Positions 24,919-38,072 of a stretch of 64,000 nucleotides of DNA are shown in pieces. The position numbers and the translations under genes were made by a program. Each line of letters begins with the position of its first letter. Position 1 is the stretch's first letter. The stretch lies in the NCBI GenBank assembly GCA_028534125.1, contig CM052816.1, positions 64,482,001 through 64,546,000 of the forward strand. Direction: 5' to 3'. Source of the stretch: Lama glama. Its lineage: Eukaryota. A model generated the notes under the pieces. That model saw only the letters and a list, made by a program, of their open reading frames with translations, searched no databases and was not told where the DNA came from.

Positions 24919-26411
24919 TAGACAGTCTATATCAGATAGGCTAGACAGTCTAGATCAAAGATGGGGAGTATTAGTTACTATTAGGATAAATTTTAAGATG
25001 AAAGATGTATAAGATATAAAAATAAAAGTTAAGAATCATCATAAGTAATATGTCCAAAACAGAAATTCTTCCACAATTTGGAATTTGAATAAAAATTTCC
25101 AAAAACAGGAAACAATACCCATTCAAAAATGCAGTACAGAAGAAGTATGTAAAATGATAATGAAATAAAGAGTAACAGTTAATTTATATTAACAGTCTTA
25201 TTAAATTAACACAGGAAATAGTGTTAATTACCTAGTAAACATAACACGGTAGCACTTTATAAATATTTGTTGAACTGAAATGACTTTTGTGGTGGTTAAC
25301 AAAGAACATTTGTTTCCCTAAGGATACAAATAAAATAGCTTCAAGATTTTAGGCAAATTAACAATGCATGAAAGACTTGTATTAAATTAAGAGATTCAAG
25401 GCATAGTCCCAACACTCAGAGGTGGGTATCATGATAGGCTCTTCCTCATCGAGTCCTTTGGCACCACCTGTCAGATCACTTGGAAGTGGGAAGAAGAAAT
25501 CATTGAGCTGGTATTCTTAATTTCCTGTTAAAAAAGTGAAATATTTTTTGGACTAAAGGGAAACGTTTCCTTTATGTAGCAAATTCAGAAAACACATAAA
25601 AGCATAAAGTAGACAATAAAATCAACTCACTACCCAAATAACCATTATAATTTTGCATTTATGTTTCCTTCCAGTCTTTTTTCTACATACAGATGCTTTT
25701 ACTTAAAAAAATAACAAAGTCAAGAGCACATGGTAAATTTTATAATTTTCTTCTCTTTGAAATTCATTCTCATCCAATGTCTTTATAAAGGCAAAGTGTA
25801 TGAACATGACATTAACTGGCAAATAGGCTAAGCCAACTGACCCAACTAGATTCACGTTTATACCTTCATTGCTAATCGTGAGAACTTGTTTGAACTAAGG
25901 TCTCCAAGGGTTAATTAACCAGCAGCATTTATCAATAAAAGATAATATACCTAGATTTTACAAGTATTTGAAAATTTGTAAGTCTTTCATTTCCCAATAA
26001 GAATGTGAATTCCTGCAAATTTTTCTCATGTTGATAGCTATATTAAAGACTTAGAATCTTACCAAAATTAAGAAATAATTGTCTTGCAAAACAGAAGTAC
26101 AAATAAAACACCAATTAATGTGCTAATTATTGCTTCTTGTTTTTAAAAAATTCCAAATTATAAAATATGCTAGTAACTAGAAAGAAATAGAATAAAAGAT
26201 TGACTCAAATTATCATGGCCCAAATGAGTACCTAAAGATTAATCATATTCTTGTGAATAGAATTTTTTTCACTGGGTCACACTCATACCCTCCTGGCCAG
26301 GAATTTGAAGATCATAATTCCTGAGCCTTCAAAACCTACTGGATTTTTAAGCAAAATATATAACTAAAAAACAAATTTATATTTATCAAAATACAAAAAC
26401 TAATTATTATC

Positions 26412-26795
26412 TATGATGCTTAGTTTTATGTGTCAACTTGGCAAGGCCATAATATCCAGCTCCTAGATTAAACATTAACCTAGATGTAGCCTGAAGGTAT
26501 TTTGTAGATACAGTCAACATCTGTGATCAGCTGACTCCACATAAAGGAGATTTCCTTCATAATTTGGATAGGCCTCAACCATTCAATTGAAAGTCCTAAG
26601 AGCAAAACTGAGAGTTTCTTGAGGAAGGAGAAATTCTGTCTTAAGACTGCAAGGTTACCTCTTACCTGAGAACGTTCAACCTTCCAGTCTGCCCTACAAA
26701 TTTCTGACTTGCCAACTCTCACAATAGCATAAGCCAACTCTTTGAAATAAATAAGTCTCCTAATTATATCTATACCTATACCTATCCCTCCCACC
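26412..26795 (+). mobile_element. ERVL LTR, MLT2D-like
   Basis: tgatgcttagttttatgtgtcaacttgg...gaaggtattttgtagat...tctgccctacaaatttc. Confidence 0.85.
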
Positions 26796-27456
26796 AATTA
26801 GACAAAGAAATGCCTCATGCCTTTCTTCTCTGAGTAATCTACATGCTCTGTAGCTCCCTACTAACATTGATAAGTTAAGTCTTCTGCAATTATACCACAC
26901 TAGTGCTGAAATCTGCACATCTGACAAGTACCACAGATTAGAACATTTAACTGAATGAGCTCAAACATCTCTCTCCCTATTCAGAATATACTTATTTGAT
27001 CAATAAATCTAGGGATTCTGATTTTTTAAGGATTGGAGGTGCCTTACATACACATCCACATGTGAGCACACACACGTGTGTATGAAAGTAAAATAAAGTT
27101 GTTAAAAGAGTAAAACCATGGAGAAAAGGAGGAAAAATATCTGATAATTCTTAAGTGTTAATTAGTATAATCACTGTGATTTAAAGAGGAAACATATTCA
27201 TTCTTTGAGAGAAAAAACTTTCTCTGATAGAGACTTCTGTGAAGACTTCATTTTCTAGAATCCTTAAATAAGAGATAAAGAGCAAAATAACTGACATCTT
27301 CAGTAATAGCTTTCAAACTGATGCCAGTGACTGTCTTCTAGCCTTTTCACTTACAATCAAAGGCCCAAAACATAAAAGCTAGAATTTAATGATGGAGGAG
27401 CTATAATTTTGATGAACTTGTGTGATACAAGTAGGTAGCCAGTATATCCCCCAGAT

Positions 27457-27766
27457 CTGCATTGTTCAGGGGTGGTCACTGGCCACATATGGCTGCTGAC
27501 AACTTGAAATATGACTAGTCTGAATTAAGATATCACTGAAAATGTACAATAAACACTGGATTTCAAAGATTAGTATTAAAAATATAAAATATTCATATTT
27601 TCTATATTGATTATATACTGAAATGATAATATTTTGATATATTGGGTTAAATAAAATCTATTATTAAAATTAATTTCACCCTTTTCTTTTTACTTTTTCT
27701 AATGTGGCTCCTAAAATTTTTAAATTACATTTGTGGCTATAATTATATTTTTATTGGACAGTGATG
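27457..27766. mobile_element. MER33-like hAT-Charlie MITE
   Basis: About 310 bp, ggccacatatggctg...ttattggacagtgatg; TSD ccccagat/ccttagat. Confidence 0.85.
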
Positions 27767-28454
27767 CCTTAGATAGTTCTTCCTAACTTTTTTTGCAACA
27801 GGAAGCAAATGGCCACTGGAGGATGAAGAGCATCAGTATCATGGGCACATCTCTCATACAGTTCTGGCTCAACAGCTGGGAAGTTCTAACCTAGATCTTC
27901 TTTAGAAATAATTTCCCTTAGCTAAGTTTCTGAAATGATCAAGACTTCAAATGATATAAGGCATCCCTCTGCAGAGGACCAGTTTGTTAGCAATGTTTCA
28001 GATGAAGAGATGTTTACTTCTAATCCCTGACAGACAGTAGCAAGAAGACCACTTTATTATCAAACTTGTGAAGTACAATCAGGACTTTGGGGAAAAAAAA
28101 TCACCCGACTTCTGCATGAGCTAAGCTTCAGGTATGCTTGCAGGTCAAGACAAGCTGTTCCTGAAAAATTAATCTCAGTATTCCTCAAGTACCTAGGCAA
28201 GTGTTCAATGACAACTCAGAATTTAAGTCCCCCTGAAATGATTTTGGTCACAGAATTTTGAAGTACATGGGATACACCATCCCCTCCCTGTAATATTTCT
28301 AAGGAACATATCATTTTGTTCCAGCACAACAATGTGCACTCATGTTACAAACTGAGTTGGTCTATTAAATTTTATTACTTGGTACTGACCATTTGAATTC
28401 CGGGCTCAATTTTGTCTGCTAAAGGCAATTTCCATTTTGATAAAACAGGTATCG

Positions 28455-28894
28455 AACAAGTGATCCCAGGGAAGAGAAACAAGGTACTGGGGAGAGTGAA
28501 ACAGGAGAGGAAAGTCAAAACGAAGGTGCGCTTTGAAGCTGATCAGCGCTTTAGGTCCTGGGACCTGATCCCTGCTGGAGTCTTCTGAGGAGAGTTGTTG
28601 AATGTGTACGAACTGTTTGAAAGTGCTTGAACTGTCTGCCAAGGGACAGAAAAGGAGCATTTATCCATTAGCTCCTATCTCCCATGGGTCAAGGGTTACC
28701 TGGTGTGTCATGTCTCACATTTCCAGGTTGGTTCCTCACAGGCATCTCATGCCACGGTGTCAAAGGGGAAAGCTAAAACTGCTCAGCAGAGTTGTAGTGA
28801 GGTTATTACACTATGAGAGTTGGTAGCTGCAGCTTGGCTGGAGAAAAAGGTAAAACAAGAGGATGGGAGGGAGGGTTCAAGAGGTGTCTGATAC
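28455..28894 (-). mobile_element. ERVL LTR (LTR41/LTR33-like)
   Basis: gtgatcccaggga...gcatttatccattagctcc...ggtcaagggttacc...gaggtgtctgataca. Confidence 0.6.
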
Positions 28895-29037
28895 AATGTT
28901 CTTATATGCCTGTCCTGTTTCCCACTGGGATCGAGAATTTAAAAACATTTTGAACTACAGGAAAATACTACCTTTTCAAAATTCAAATATTATAAATTGT
29001 TCTGAATATTATGGTAGAAAAAGCAGAGGCAGCTCTT

Positions 29038-29069
29038 TCTTATTAAAAACTGAAGTATAGTTGATTTAC
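29038..29069 (-). mobile_element. 32-nt L1 3'-tip insertion with perfect 14-bp TSD
   Basis: cagaggcagctctt at 29024-29037 and 29070-29083. The insert tgaagtatagttgatttac is the reverse complement (1 mismatch) of the L1 terminus near 22119-22137. Confidence 0.85.
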
Positions 29070-29443
29070 CAGAGGCAGCTCTTAGGTCATACAAGTGGGG
29101 AGACAAAAAAAAAAAAAATAGCAGAAAATTTGACAATAATTTCTGCAAAGCAAACATTCAAAATACCACAGTATGACTCTCAAATGTAGATTAATCTTTT
29201 AAAAAATATAGTTTAAATGAGTGTAGAGCTTAGAATTATTTCTGTACAACTTCACATCAAAGAAAGATTTTTATGGACATTAAATAATAAGTAGAAATAA
29301 CAAAATAGCAGATATCACTTATTTAATGCTTATTTTAAGCTAGGCATTGGCTAAGCACCTTATATATACCAGCTCACTAGGTGAAAAAAAACTACTTTCA
29401 AGATTAATAATTTTCAACTTATTGGACTATGACCTTTAGTGAG

Positions 29444-29875
29444 TGTATTAGAGTTCTCCAAAGCAACAGAACTAGTTAAGATGTGTGTGGGGTGGTGGTG
29501 GTGGAGACTGACTGACTGATTTTTAAGGAACTGGCTCACATAACTGTGGAGGCTAGTAAGTTCAAATCTTCATGATAGGCTGGGAGGCTGGAGACCGAGA
29601 GAAGAAATGATACTGAAGCTCAAGTCCAAAAGCAGTCTACAGGCAGAAACTCCTCTTTCTCAGAGGATGTCAGTCTTTTTTTCTCTTAAGGTCTTCAACT
29701 GATTGGATGAGATCCACTCACATTAGGGAGGATAATCTGCTTTACTCAGAGTCTACTGATTTAAATCTTAATCTCATCTAAAAAATGTCTTCACAGTAAA
29801 ATCTAGACTAGTGTTTTACCAAATATTTAGGTACTGTGGCTTAGCCAAGTGGACACATATAAATTAACTATCACA
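29444..29875 (-). mobile_element. ERVL solo LTR (MLT2B/C-like), nested in a hAT-Charlie element (about 29405-30128)
   Basis: TG...CA termini (tgtattagagttctcc...aaattaactatcaca), 5-bp TSD gtgag/gtaag; host element ends ctactaaattgatttcaccacccactaatg. Confidence 0.88.
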
Positions 29876-32445
29876 GTAAGAAATACATTTACATCATAAC
29901 TTGAAATAAGAACATATGTTTATGTGTGTATCTGAAACAAGAATTGCAGAAAACAATATTCACTCTTAGTAAAGTTTTGTATGCTATTTTCTATTTCATA
30001 TTTTCTATTCTATATCTTTCTATTTTCTATTCCACATTTTTTCTTCTTCATTAAGAAGAAAAACTACTTATAACCTACTAAATTGATTTCACCACCCACT
30101 AATGTATCACATAAATTGAAAAATTCTGCTCAAGATGACATGTCCATTTACACATCTTTTAGAATACTGGTAAAGACATGTATCACAGTGACATCAGAAT
30201 GGGATATTTGAGAAGGAAACTGAGTATATTTGAACACATGAAACACAATGAACATATGTAAATAAGAAAAAATATATAAAAGCTTAATTCCTTATTCCCA
30301 TAGCAACAATGTACACTTAGCAAATGAGCACAGAATTCTATCATTGTCATAATAAATATCTGAGAATAAAGTCTGGCATACCTAAAGATATAATGAAATC
30401 AGAGTCAATCGACTGTGACTTAGTATCGTGGAGGGTATATCACCAGTACAATCAACAGAATTTTCCTAAACACTTTATTCCCCTCATTTAAAGAAATCAA
30501 ATTACATCTGATAAAAGTGATCAGTAGGAATTCTTCTAAAATTTAGACTGTGAAGAAAATCACAACAATGTATAAGAAGAAAGTCACCAGAAATTGTTTT
30601 GGTGAGACAACTTAGAGAAAGTGTGAATTAAAAAAACAATCCTAATCTCATTTTAACTCCCTTAACCTTTTTCACTCTGGATGTAAGCCCAGTTTTAAAA
30701 CCTAAATGGGACTTGTCTTGGTGACTGATGGTATGATTCAAAGGTTAACTATTCAGAACTAATATTGTACACTTTTTAATATGCATCCAGGAGGTTACAA
30801 TGAATCTCAGAAGAACCTAATTGCAAGTATATCTAAAAATAATAAATAATAGCATTTTATTTATATACAACTTTAAAAAAACTTTTATATTCTGCTTTAA
30901 AAGTCACACAAAGGTCAAAATAGAAGAAAAAGTGTGCTAAGAATAAACTAAGGCCAAACACAGACCTCAGCTTTATACAGAAGTATGAAAAGAAGAAATC
31001 CTTTCAGACTGAGAAATGCAGGATGCTTGAAATTTGAGATACTACTTTTTAGTAAGACCCACCTAAAATCAGTGTTTTAAAAACCAAAAAGATTTACAAC
31101 ACAAACTAGCACAAAAATTTCTCCTACAATTAATAAATACATATCTATATTTCAAGAGGCTCACTAGCTTATGGTTAAGAGTACAGACTGAGGAGCTCAA
31201 AACACTCAAATGATTCACCTTCATTTCTTAGCACATTCTTCTAGAGAAGCATGGCAAATATCATATTTTCTTAGTTTTTAAAAAGCTAGAGGTTAATATA
31301 AAAGAAAGTACATAAAAAAGGCATCTCTAAGTGTTATGCTATTGTGTTTGAAGTGCTTCTTAAATTCATTTATTATGATAGTTAAATGAAAACATTGGAA
31401 TACAAAATAATAAAGATATCAAAATAACAATTATGTGACAATGTATACATGGGTAAATTAACTTGTAAAGTTAAGTGTTGTGCAGCCAGCCATAGGATTT
31501 GAGATAATTTATTATTGCTATCAACATTTTTTGTTAGTTTTTTAATAAAACAAAGGAAAAAATCAAGTAAGGGCATAGAATATAGGCCAAGCAAGAGAGT
31601 CATAAAAGTGCCCAATAATTACACTGGCAGGTATAAACTTTGGAGCTTCGAGCACTCCTGAATGGAGACAAGCCTGCTTCCTGGCTGGTCAAAGGCAGGC
31701 ACAAATCAGTTAGGTATGAGGGAGGTCAAATGACTGTCATAAAACTAGGCCTAACAGGGACCTGTCACTGTGGATGGTGGTAAACCCATTCAACCACATC
31801 TTTTCCTTTGGGGAGGCAGAAATGCTAGTAGGTAGATAAAGAATGGTACATCGATCAAACTCAGGATATATTCTTTCCAATCTTGGAAACTCCCAGAATG
31901 ACTGCACCATTAAAGATGTAATGCTCATGTGTAAACTTGCAATAAGATCCAATTTCTAAAGGCAGTATGTGAATGTTTTTTCCTTACAACCTTAAAGAAT
32001 CAGACTCAGTTTCACAGAGGAAAAATATGAGACTAAAAACAGAATTTAAGCATAACTTAACAGAGTTATACTATCTAGGACAAGTTGGTATGTACAACAG
32101 AAGTCTGCAAAGAAATCATATTGTCTATTGAGCACCTACTAGGTACTTGATAAGTAACTGAATATTAAAACTATAGAAAGCTTTGAGTCTTTAAAAAGGA
32201 ATTCTAAAAACTAAAACACTGTTTCTTACACATATTACTATGTAATTCCTTAAGTACCTTTGGTATTTTAGAATTCCAAGCATTTGATTTTTCAGTTTAT
32301 TCTGAATATCTAATTTTTCGATCAGGGACGAACATGTTCTTTTAAATTTCATTGTATTCTTTTTAAAGGAAATAGTTCATGTGTATAAATAAATACAGCT
32401 AATAGTATACACCATGCGCCCACCATCACTGGAAATATGAGTAAA

Positions 32446-32529
32446 ACTACAGATATGACCCACCATCCAACTTAAGAAATAAAACACTACAGATATGACC
32501 AACCTAAGAAAGAAACTACAGACATGACC
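32446..32529. repeat. Three copies of actacaga(t/c)atgacc in an imperfect tandem array (period 40 then 29 bp)
   Basis: Copies at 32446, 32486 and 32515. Confidence 0.9.
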
Positions 32530-33480
32530 AGTAAAGTTCTCGCGGCTCTCCCCTCCTTCCTCAGAGGTGACAACTACTTAAAATTGCTTGACTATCATTA
32601 AAATGCATGTTTTATATTTTCACTACATCTTTATATATCCATAAACAAAATAGCACTGATTTGAAATTTTTTTACATTGTTATCTCCTAAGACTTTTAAA
32701 AACTACGTACCACCTTGCATATTTCTGTTGACACTTAAATAATAGCAAAGGATGTATTTTCCAGGTTATTGCATAACAAAAGCATGCTTTAAATACGTTT
32801 TGTCAAAGCCTTAGAGCTGCAGTTTAGCTTATTCAATTTACAGAAAATATAACCATATAACTTAACTGGAAAAGCCAATCCTGATTGTCAAATCCAATCA
32901 CCCAAATCTGACTTACTCTCTGTCAGAAAAAGTCTAACTTAATTTTTGAATTAAAAAAATGTGTTATGTGTCCCCATGACAATTTTCTCACTTGCGAATT
33001 TTAATTTTAAGAATAGATAAATGGATAGCTAGCTAGCTAGGTAGACAGAAACTATAAGGCATGGAGCCTTGCCATGAGTCTGTCACCTGGATGAAATAAT
33101 TTGTGGCCCCTTTCAGTAATTTTTATTGAAGCTTTATCTGTTTTGCTCTCAAGGGACTCTCCCTCAGGAGAGAATCTCCAATAGTCTCTTTGTTTGGTGC
33201 CCTGATTTTTAAACCCCAAGGCAATGCACCATAGTAAGATCTAGGATGGACAAGGAGTAAGCTATTCTTCTGAAAGACAGATGATTATGAAAGAAGTCAG
33301 AAAGGAAAACTGGCTGACCAGAAGGAGTTCTCAGGCAGATCTTTTTTAGGAAGGACTACTTATGGAAAGAGATAATATGGAAATTAATTGCTTTAAAGCT
33401 ATCCATACCTGTACATCTTATAGGAAGTCTTTGTGTACCCAGGATATAGGTATTCCAATTTGAAAACCAATGATCAACAG

Positions 33481-33682
33481 CAGGGGTTGGCAAACTAGCA
33501 TTCTGCTGCCACTTGTTTTGTACATAAAGTTATACTGGGCACAGCCACACTAACTGGTTTACTTGTCTCCATAAGGGCTTTTATACTACAATGGCAGAGT
33601 TAAATAGTTGCAACAGAGACTGTCTCACGATGGCCAAAATATTTACTACCTGGTTCTCTAAAGAAAAACTTTGCTGCCCCTC
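33481..33682. mobile_element. MER58A-like hAT MITE
   Basis: TIR caggggttggcaaact...actttgctgcccctc; TSD atcaacag/atctacag. Confidence 0.88.
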
Positions 33683-36600
33683 ATCTACAGCATTGTGTAT
33701 GTGTCTTTCAAATTCTTTTCTTTAAATCAAAGTTATATATTCACATAGTTTGTAGGTTCACATCATCCTAAAAGGCTTATTATGAAAAACAGTATTTCCC
33801 TCTCTCCAGAAGCTGATACTTATGGTTGCAGTACAGGACAAACCAGGGAGCCACAAAGGGTCTGACAGCTATCAAGCCAACTCTGCCTCAACGCCTTCAT
33901 AACATTCTTATATTATCACGTACTTCTCATTTTCAAGCTTCGTATATTAACTTCTCATTACTGAAAATGAGGGTTTATCCCATCCTCCTTGTGAGCTAAT
34001 ATTCTCAATACAGTTGTAGAGCAATATTCAATATTTATATTAGTATGAGTAAACACTATGAACAAATGAGCTACTTGTAGACTAGGATTATTTTTCCTTT
34101 TCCTACCCAACTTTCATTTTTCTTTGCAATAATAAATGAATTTTGTTTATTTGCCACATACTTATCTATAATTCAACTTGATATGGTCGTGTGTATGTGT
34201 TTACTTAATCTTTTTTTAGAACAGTACCTCTTTCCTCAAAATTGTCTCTAAAACAGACCGTACTGTTTTCCCTTTCCCATGAATAAACTTCCAGTTTTCA
34301 ACTGAGCAGAAAAGTTGCCTGGTTTTTAGACTTTCACAAAGGGAATTTAACAGGGTCCTTTTCTTGTTCTTCAGGAGACTTAACATTGATACAATGCAAC
34401 TATTTAATATTTGGTTCATGTTCAAATTTCAAGAATTATCCCAACACTGTCCCCCCAATTCAGCATCATGTGTCACAGTTGTCATGACGATAAGTGTTTC
34501 TTGTCATTCCTTACACTGACATGACAGGCCTGATGTTTCATGAAATGTGTCCCAATTTAGGTTTTCTGGTTACTTCCTCATGATTAGATTAAGGTTGGGC
34601 ATTTTAAGAAATATTACTTGAATGATGTCTTATTCTCAGTGCATCATACAAAGAGGCATACATTATGTCAAGTCTGTTCTACTTGGTAAAACCTCTGACC
34701 ACCTAGTTAAGACGGTATTGCTGTTTGTCCACTATAATGGTGCTTTTTCCTTCCCCTTTGTAATTAATAAGTAATCTGTAGGGAAATACCTTGTAAATAT
34801 CTTGTTCCCCAACTAAACTTGATCCAGTGGCTTTGGTACCCACTAATGATTTTTCCCTGGATCGATTACCAAAATAACAGTTGAAAAATGGTGATTTTTC
34901 AACTTTATTATTTCTTCTACATTTATTTGATTACATCTAATTGCTTCTTAAATAGATTTTCAACTTTCAGAGTTTCCCAGCACTGCCAATTACTGAGCAT
35001 TCTGGGGTTCTGTGGTTTAAACTGGGTTCCTTCTAAGCCTTCTCCTCTGCCAGATTAGGAGTCATAATTCACAGTTTTGATATATCTGTTACTACTTGCT
35101 CATGTGCTTTCCAGTTTCCAAAGTATTGTTGATGGTTTTGCTTCTTCAATTTTTCCTTGACCTTGTAGGTTTATGCTTTTAAAAATAAATCTCTCTAAAA
35201 GGTCATTTTCATTAGGCTCAAAAAGAGAAAGTAAACTCACGTTTTTAACTCACTGACTTTACTTCAAAGTCCAAATTTTTTCTTTCCTTGCTTTCAAACT
35301 TTATATAAATGGTATTGTGTTGTATGAAATCTTCTGCAGCCTTGCTCTTTTTACTCAGCATTATGATTCTAAGATTTATCCATGTTGATACATGCAGTTC
35401 CAGTTCATTCATTTTTAATGAATGATGTTATAACCCAGTGTATGAACACGCTGCAATTTTCTTATCCAATTCCACTATATTCCCAAAAGTGATATTGTGA
35501 GGTTTGGGGTAGGGCTCTATTTTTCCACAAGAACATACACTTCCCATTAAGGCAGTAGGAAAGCAGGATTATATATGCAAAATGTCAATTTTAAGACATT
35601 TCAATTTGTAACTTATAAAATGAACCAATAATATTAGGCACAGAGAACTCACTCAATAAATGTCAGTCATTTGGAGACAACAGCGAAATGGGCCTCAGAA
35701 ATTCAGAAACAAAATTCCTCTCTGAAAGTTAAACTGCAAGATCAGCACATTATAGGCCAGAGTAGAGATATGAAAAGAGTAAAACAAAAGAAGAGCTGCA
35801 GGGCCAGCAGTATTTGACCATAATATAACTCTTGTAACAGCAAAAGAAGTAATTATGTCAATCAAAAAGGAGAAGCAAAGGAAAAAGGAGAATCATAAAA
35901 ACAAATGCTGGCAATCCATAAAAAACACTGTCCATGGGAGCAAAAACCTCACAAGCTCATGGGAATTTTTCTATTCCAAATCATAAGGCTACTCCTAGGA
36001 TAAAGACAGATACTGGGAATTATGGCCAATTCTATTTAAATATTTCCATTCCTGTGGGTCAGACTATCCCTGGACAGATGGACACAAGAGGTGATTTTTA
36101 AGCCTGATGTAATTAAACATTTATTTTACTACTTAACTCCCCTTATCCTAATGCCATACTCACCAGATAGCTTGTTTTTCCTGTGTGTCAATTCAACTTC
36201 CTACTGTAAATTAATATACTAGAATTCTGGCATTCCTTTTAAATTCTCTTGTGTTTTAGTCACTGTGGTATCTTTTAGAGCCAAATCACCTTGGACACGG
36301 ACAAAAATGAATCTTTGGAGCCTCTAGCCCAGATCTGAGAGCATGGTCAAGTAATCAAGGTTCTCTAAAGTATGGTCCTACCTACCTGCCGAGCCTTTCC
36401 ATAGACTACAGAATCACCATCTCCATTTTCTACTGGTTTTGAGAATATCCTCTTTCTCTTTCATGAAGCATATATATTAAAAACGAAGTGGATGGGCTCT
36501 AATTATTATTGCTTTCTTCTATAGTTTGTAAACCTATTGCTGAGTCATATATTTTATTAATATTTGGCAATAAATTCATTCACTTTTTCAAACAGAAAAT

Positions 36601-36954
36601 TTTATTTTTTCCTATTATATTGTCAGTATGAAAGGAGAAGCAGTATTTCAAAATACTCGCTATATGTGACTTCTAATGGAATGGAGTCAAGAAAAGTCTA
36701 CCTCAGTTTTGTGAAATGTTAATTCAACTTGTACTGAATTGATAACAGGTGCTGAACTGTACTGGCAAACTGCAGTAAAATGTGCATTTCCCTGAAAAAT
36801 ACACAGGCAATGCTCACTTCAAAATATGTTGTTTCACAGGGTTATTTTGTAGTTGGTTGTTGGAAAATTCAAACTCTGTCATACAAACTGTGTGATAGAC
36901 TTACATGGCATTGAGATTTTCAAGTCTGCCATTAAAAGCCTATCTAATAATGAA

Positions 36955-37390
36955 TCAGGCTCTGTGTTAGGTGCTTATGACATATAAATGAGTAAGACAT
37001 AATTCCTGGGCCATATAGCTCACAACATAGTCAGAAACATGGACAAATAATACAAGTAATTATTATAACACTGAACTCAAAGGGTTATGCAGGTGCACAA
37101 GGTAGTATAGCTATATCAAAAAAGGAGTGATTCACTCCGTGAGTTAAGAAGTTGGGGAAAAAGTTGAGGAAAGCATCAAAGAATTTTTTAAAAAGGCTTT
37201 TTAAATAGAATTAAGCATAAACAGAAGTGCCCAGCTTACGGGAGAGAGAAAAGACATTAAACTTGAGAAACAACAAGGAGTTCCTTGGAGAGTAGGGTAG
37301 GTATGACAAATATAAGGAGGAAAGCTAGAAAGTTGGGCTGGGCATAAACTGGGAGGCTTTGCATGGTATTTCAAGGAATTAGACCTTTTT
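36955..37390 (-). mobile_element. L2 3' fragment
   Basis: aggctctgtgttaggtgct...aaatgagtaagacataattcctg...agctcaca. Confidence 0.65.
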
Positions 37391-37899
37391 TTGACCAGAG
37401 CTTCCCAAGAACTGTGCTAAAAATTGATTCCATCAGCCTTCAAGGTGGCCAGGAGAGAAACTGTTGAGTTACAGGGTAGGTGTGTTTGACTTTATAACAA
37501 ACTGTCAGTTTTTGAACATGGTTGTATCATTTTCACGCCAATCAGCACTGAATGGTTATGTATGTAGGGTTATGGTTGCTCTAGTTATGGCTATTGTCAA
37601 CCTTCTAAATTTTAGCCATTTTCATAGACGTGTGGTGGTATTCCATTGTGGTTTGACTAGTGATGTTAACTATCCTTTCACAGGCTTAGTGGCTATTCTT
37701 GTGTCTTATTAAAGTCTATTCAAGATTTTTACCCAATTTTGTTAGTTTTGTCTTTGATCATCGAGTTGCAGTGTTCTTTATATAGTCTGGATAAAAGAAC
37801 TTTAGTCAGATTCAAGTACTGTGATTATTTTCTCCTAGTCTATTGCTTTCCTAATATTCTCTTTTTTTAACATTTTTTATTGAGTTATAGTCATTTTAC

Positions 37900-38072
37900 T
37901 ATTTACTTACTTGTTTGCCTATCTATCAATCTATCTATCTATTTATCTAACTATTTATTTAAAGGGAGGTAAAATTAGATTTACTTATTTACTTGATGGA
38001 GTTACCGGGGATCGAACCCAGGACCTCAATGCATGCTAAGTATGCACCTTGCCAATTGAGCTATACCCTCCC
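37900..38072 (-). mobile_element. Vic-1-type camelid tRNA-derived SINE with (TAGA)n tail
   Basis: Minus strand GGGAGGGTATAGCTCAATTGG (A box)...CTTAGCATG...GGTTCGATCCCC (B box), followed by an AT-rich tail. TSD tcctaata(t/g)tctct at 37849-37862 and 38073-38086. Confidence 0.88.

Larger units (their letters stand above)
32370..35470 (-). mobile_element. Patchwork of very old L1ME/L1MC/HAL1-type fragments (including an L1MC4-like 3' end at about 34520-34930)
   Basis: ttcctcatgattagattaaggtt; ccctttgtaattaataagtaatctgt; aagatttatccatgttgatacatgcagttccagttcattcattttt. Confidence 0.6.

Noticed and set aside
32446..32529. CRISPR-like repeat-spacer pattern
   Set aside because: Mammalian intron; repeats are only 15 bp, spacers are unequal and related to each other, and there are no cas genes.
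37995..38072. tRNA-Ala-like sequence on the minus strand
   Set aside because: It has a SINE tail, a microsatellite and a TSD, and degenerate stems; it is a tRNA-derived SINE, not a tRNA gene.
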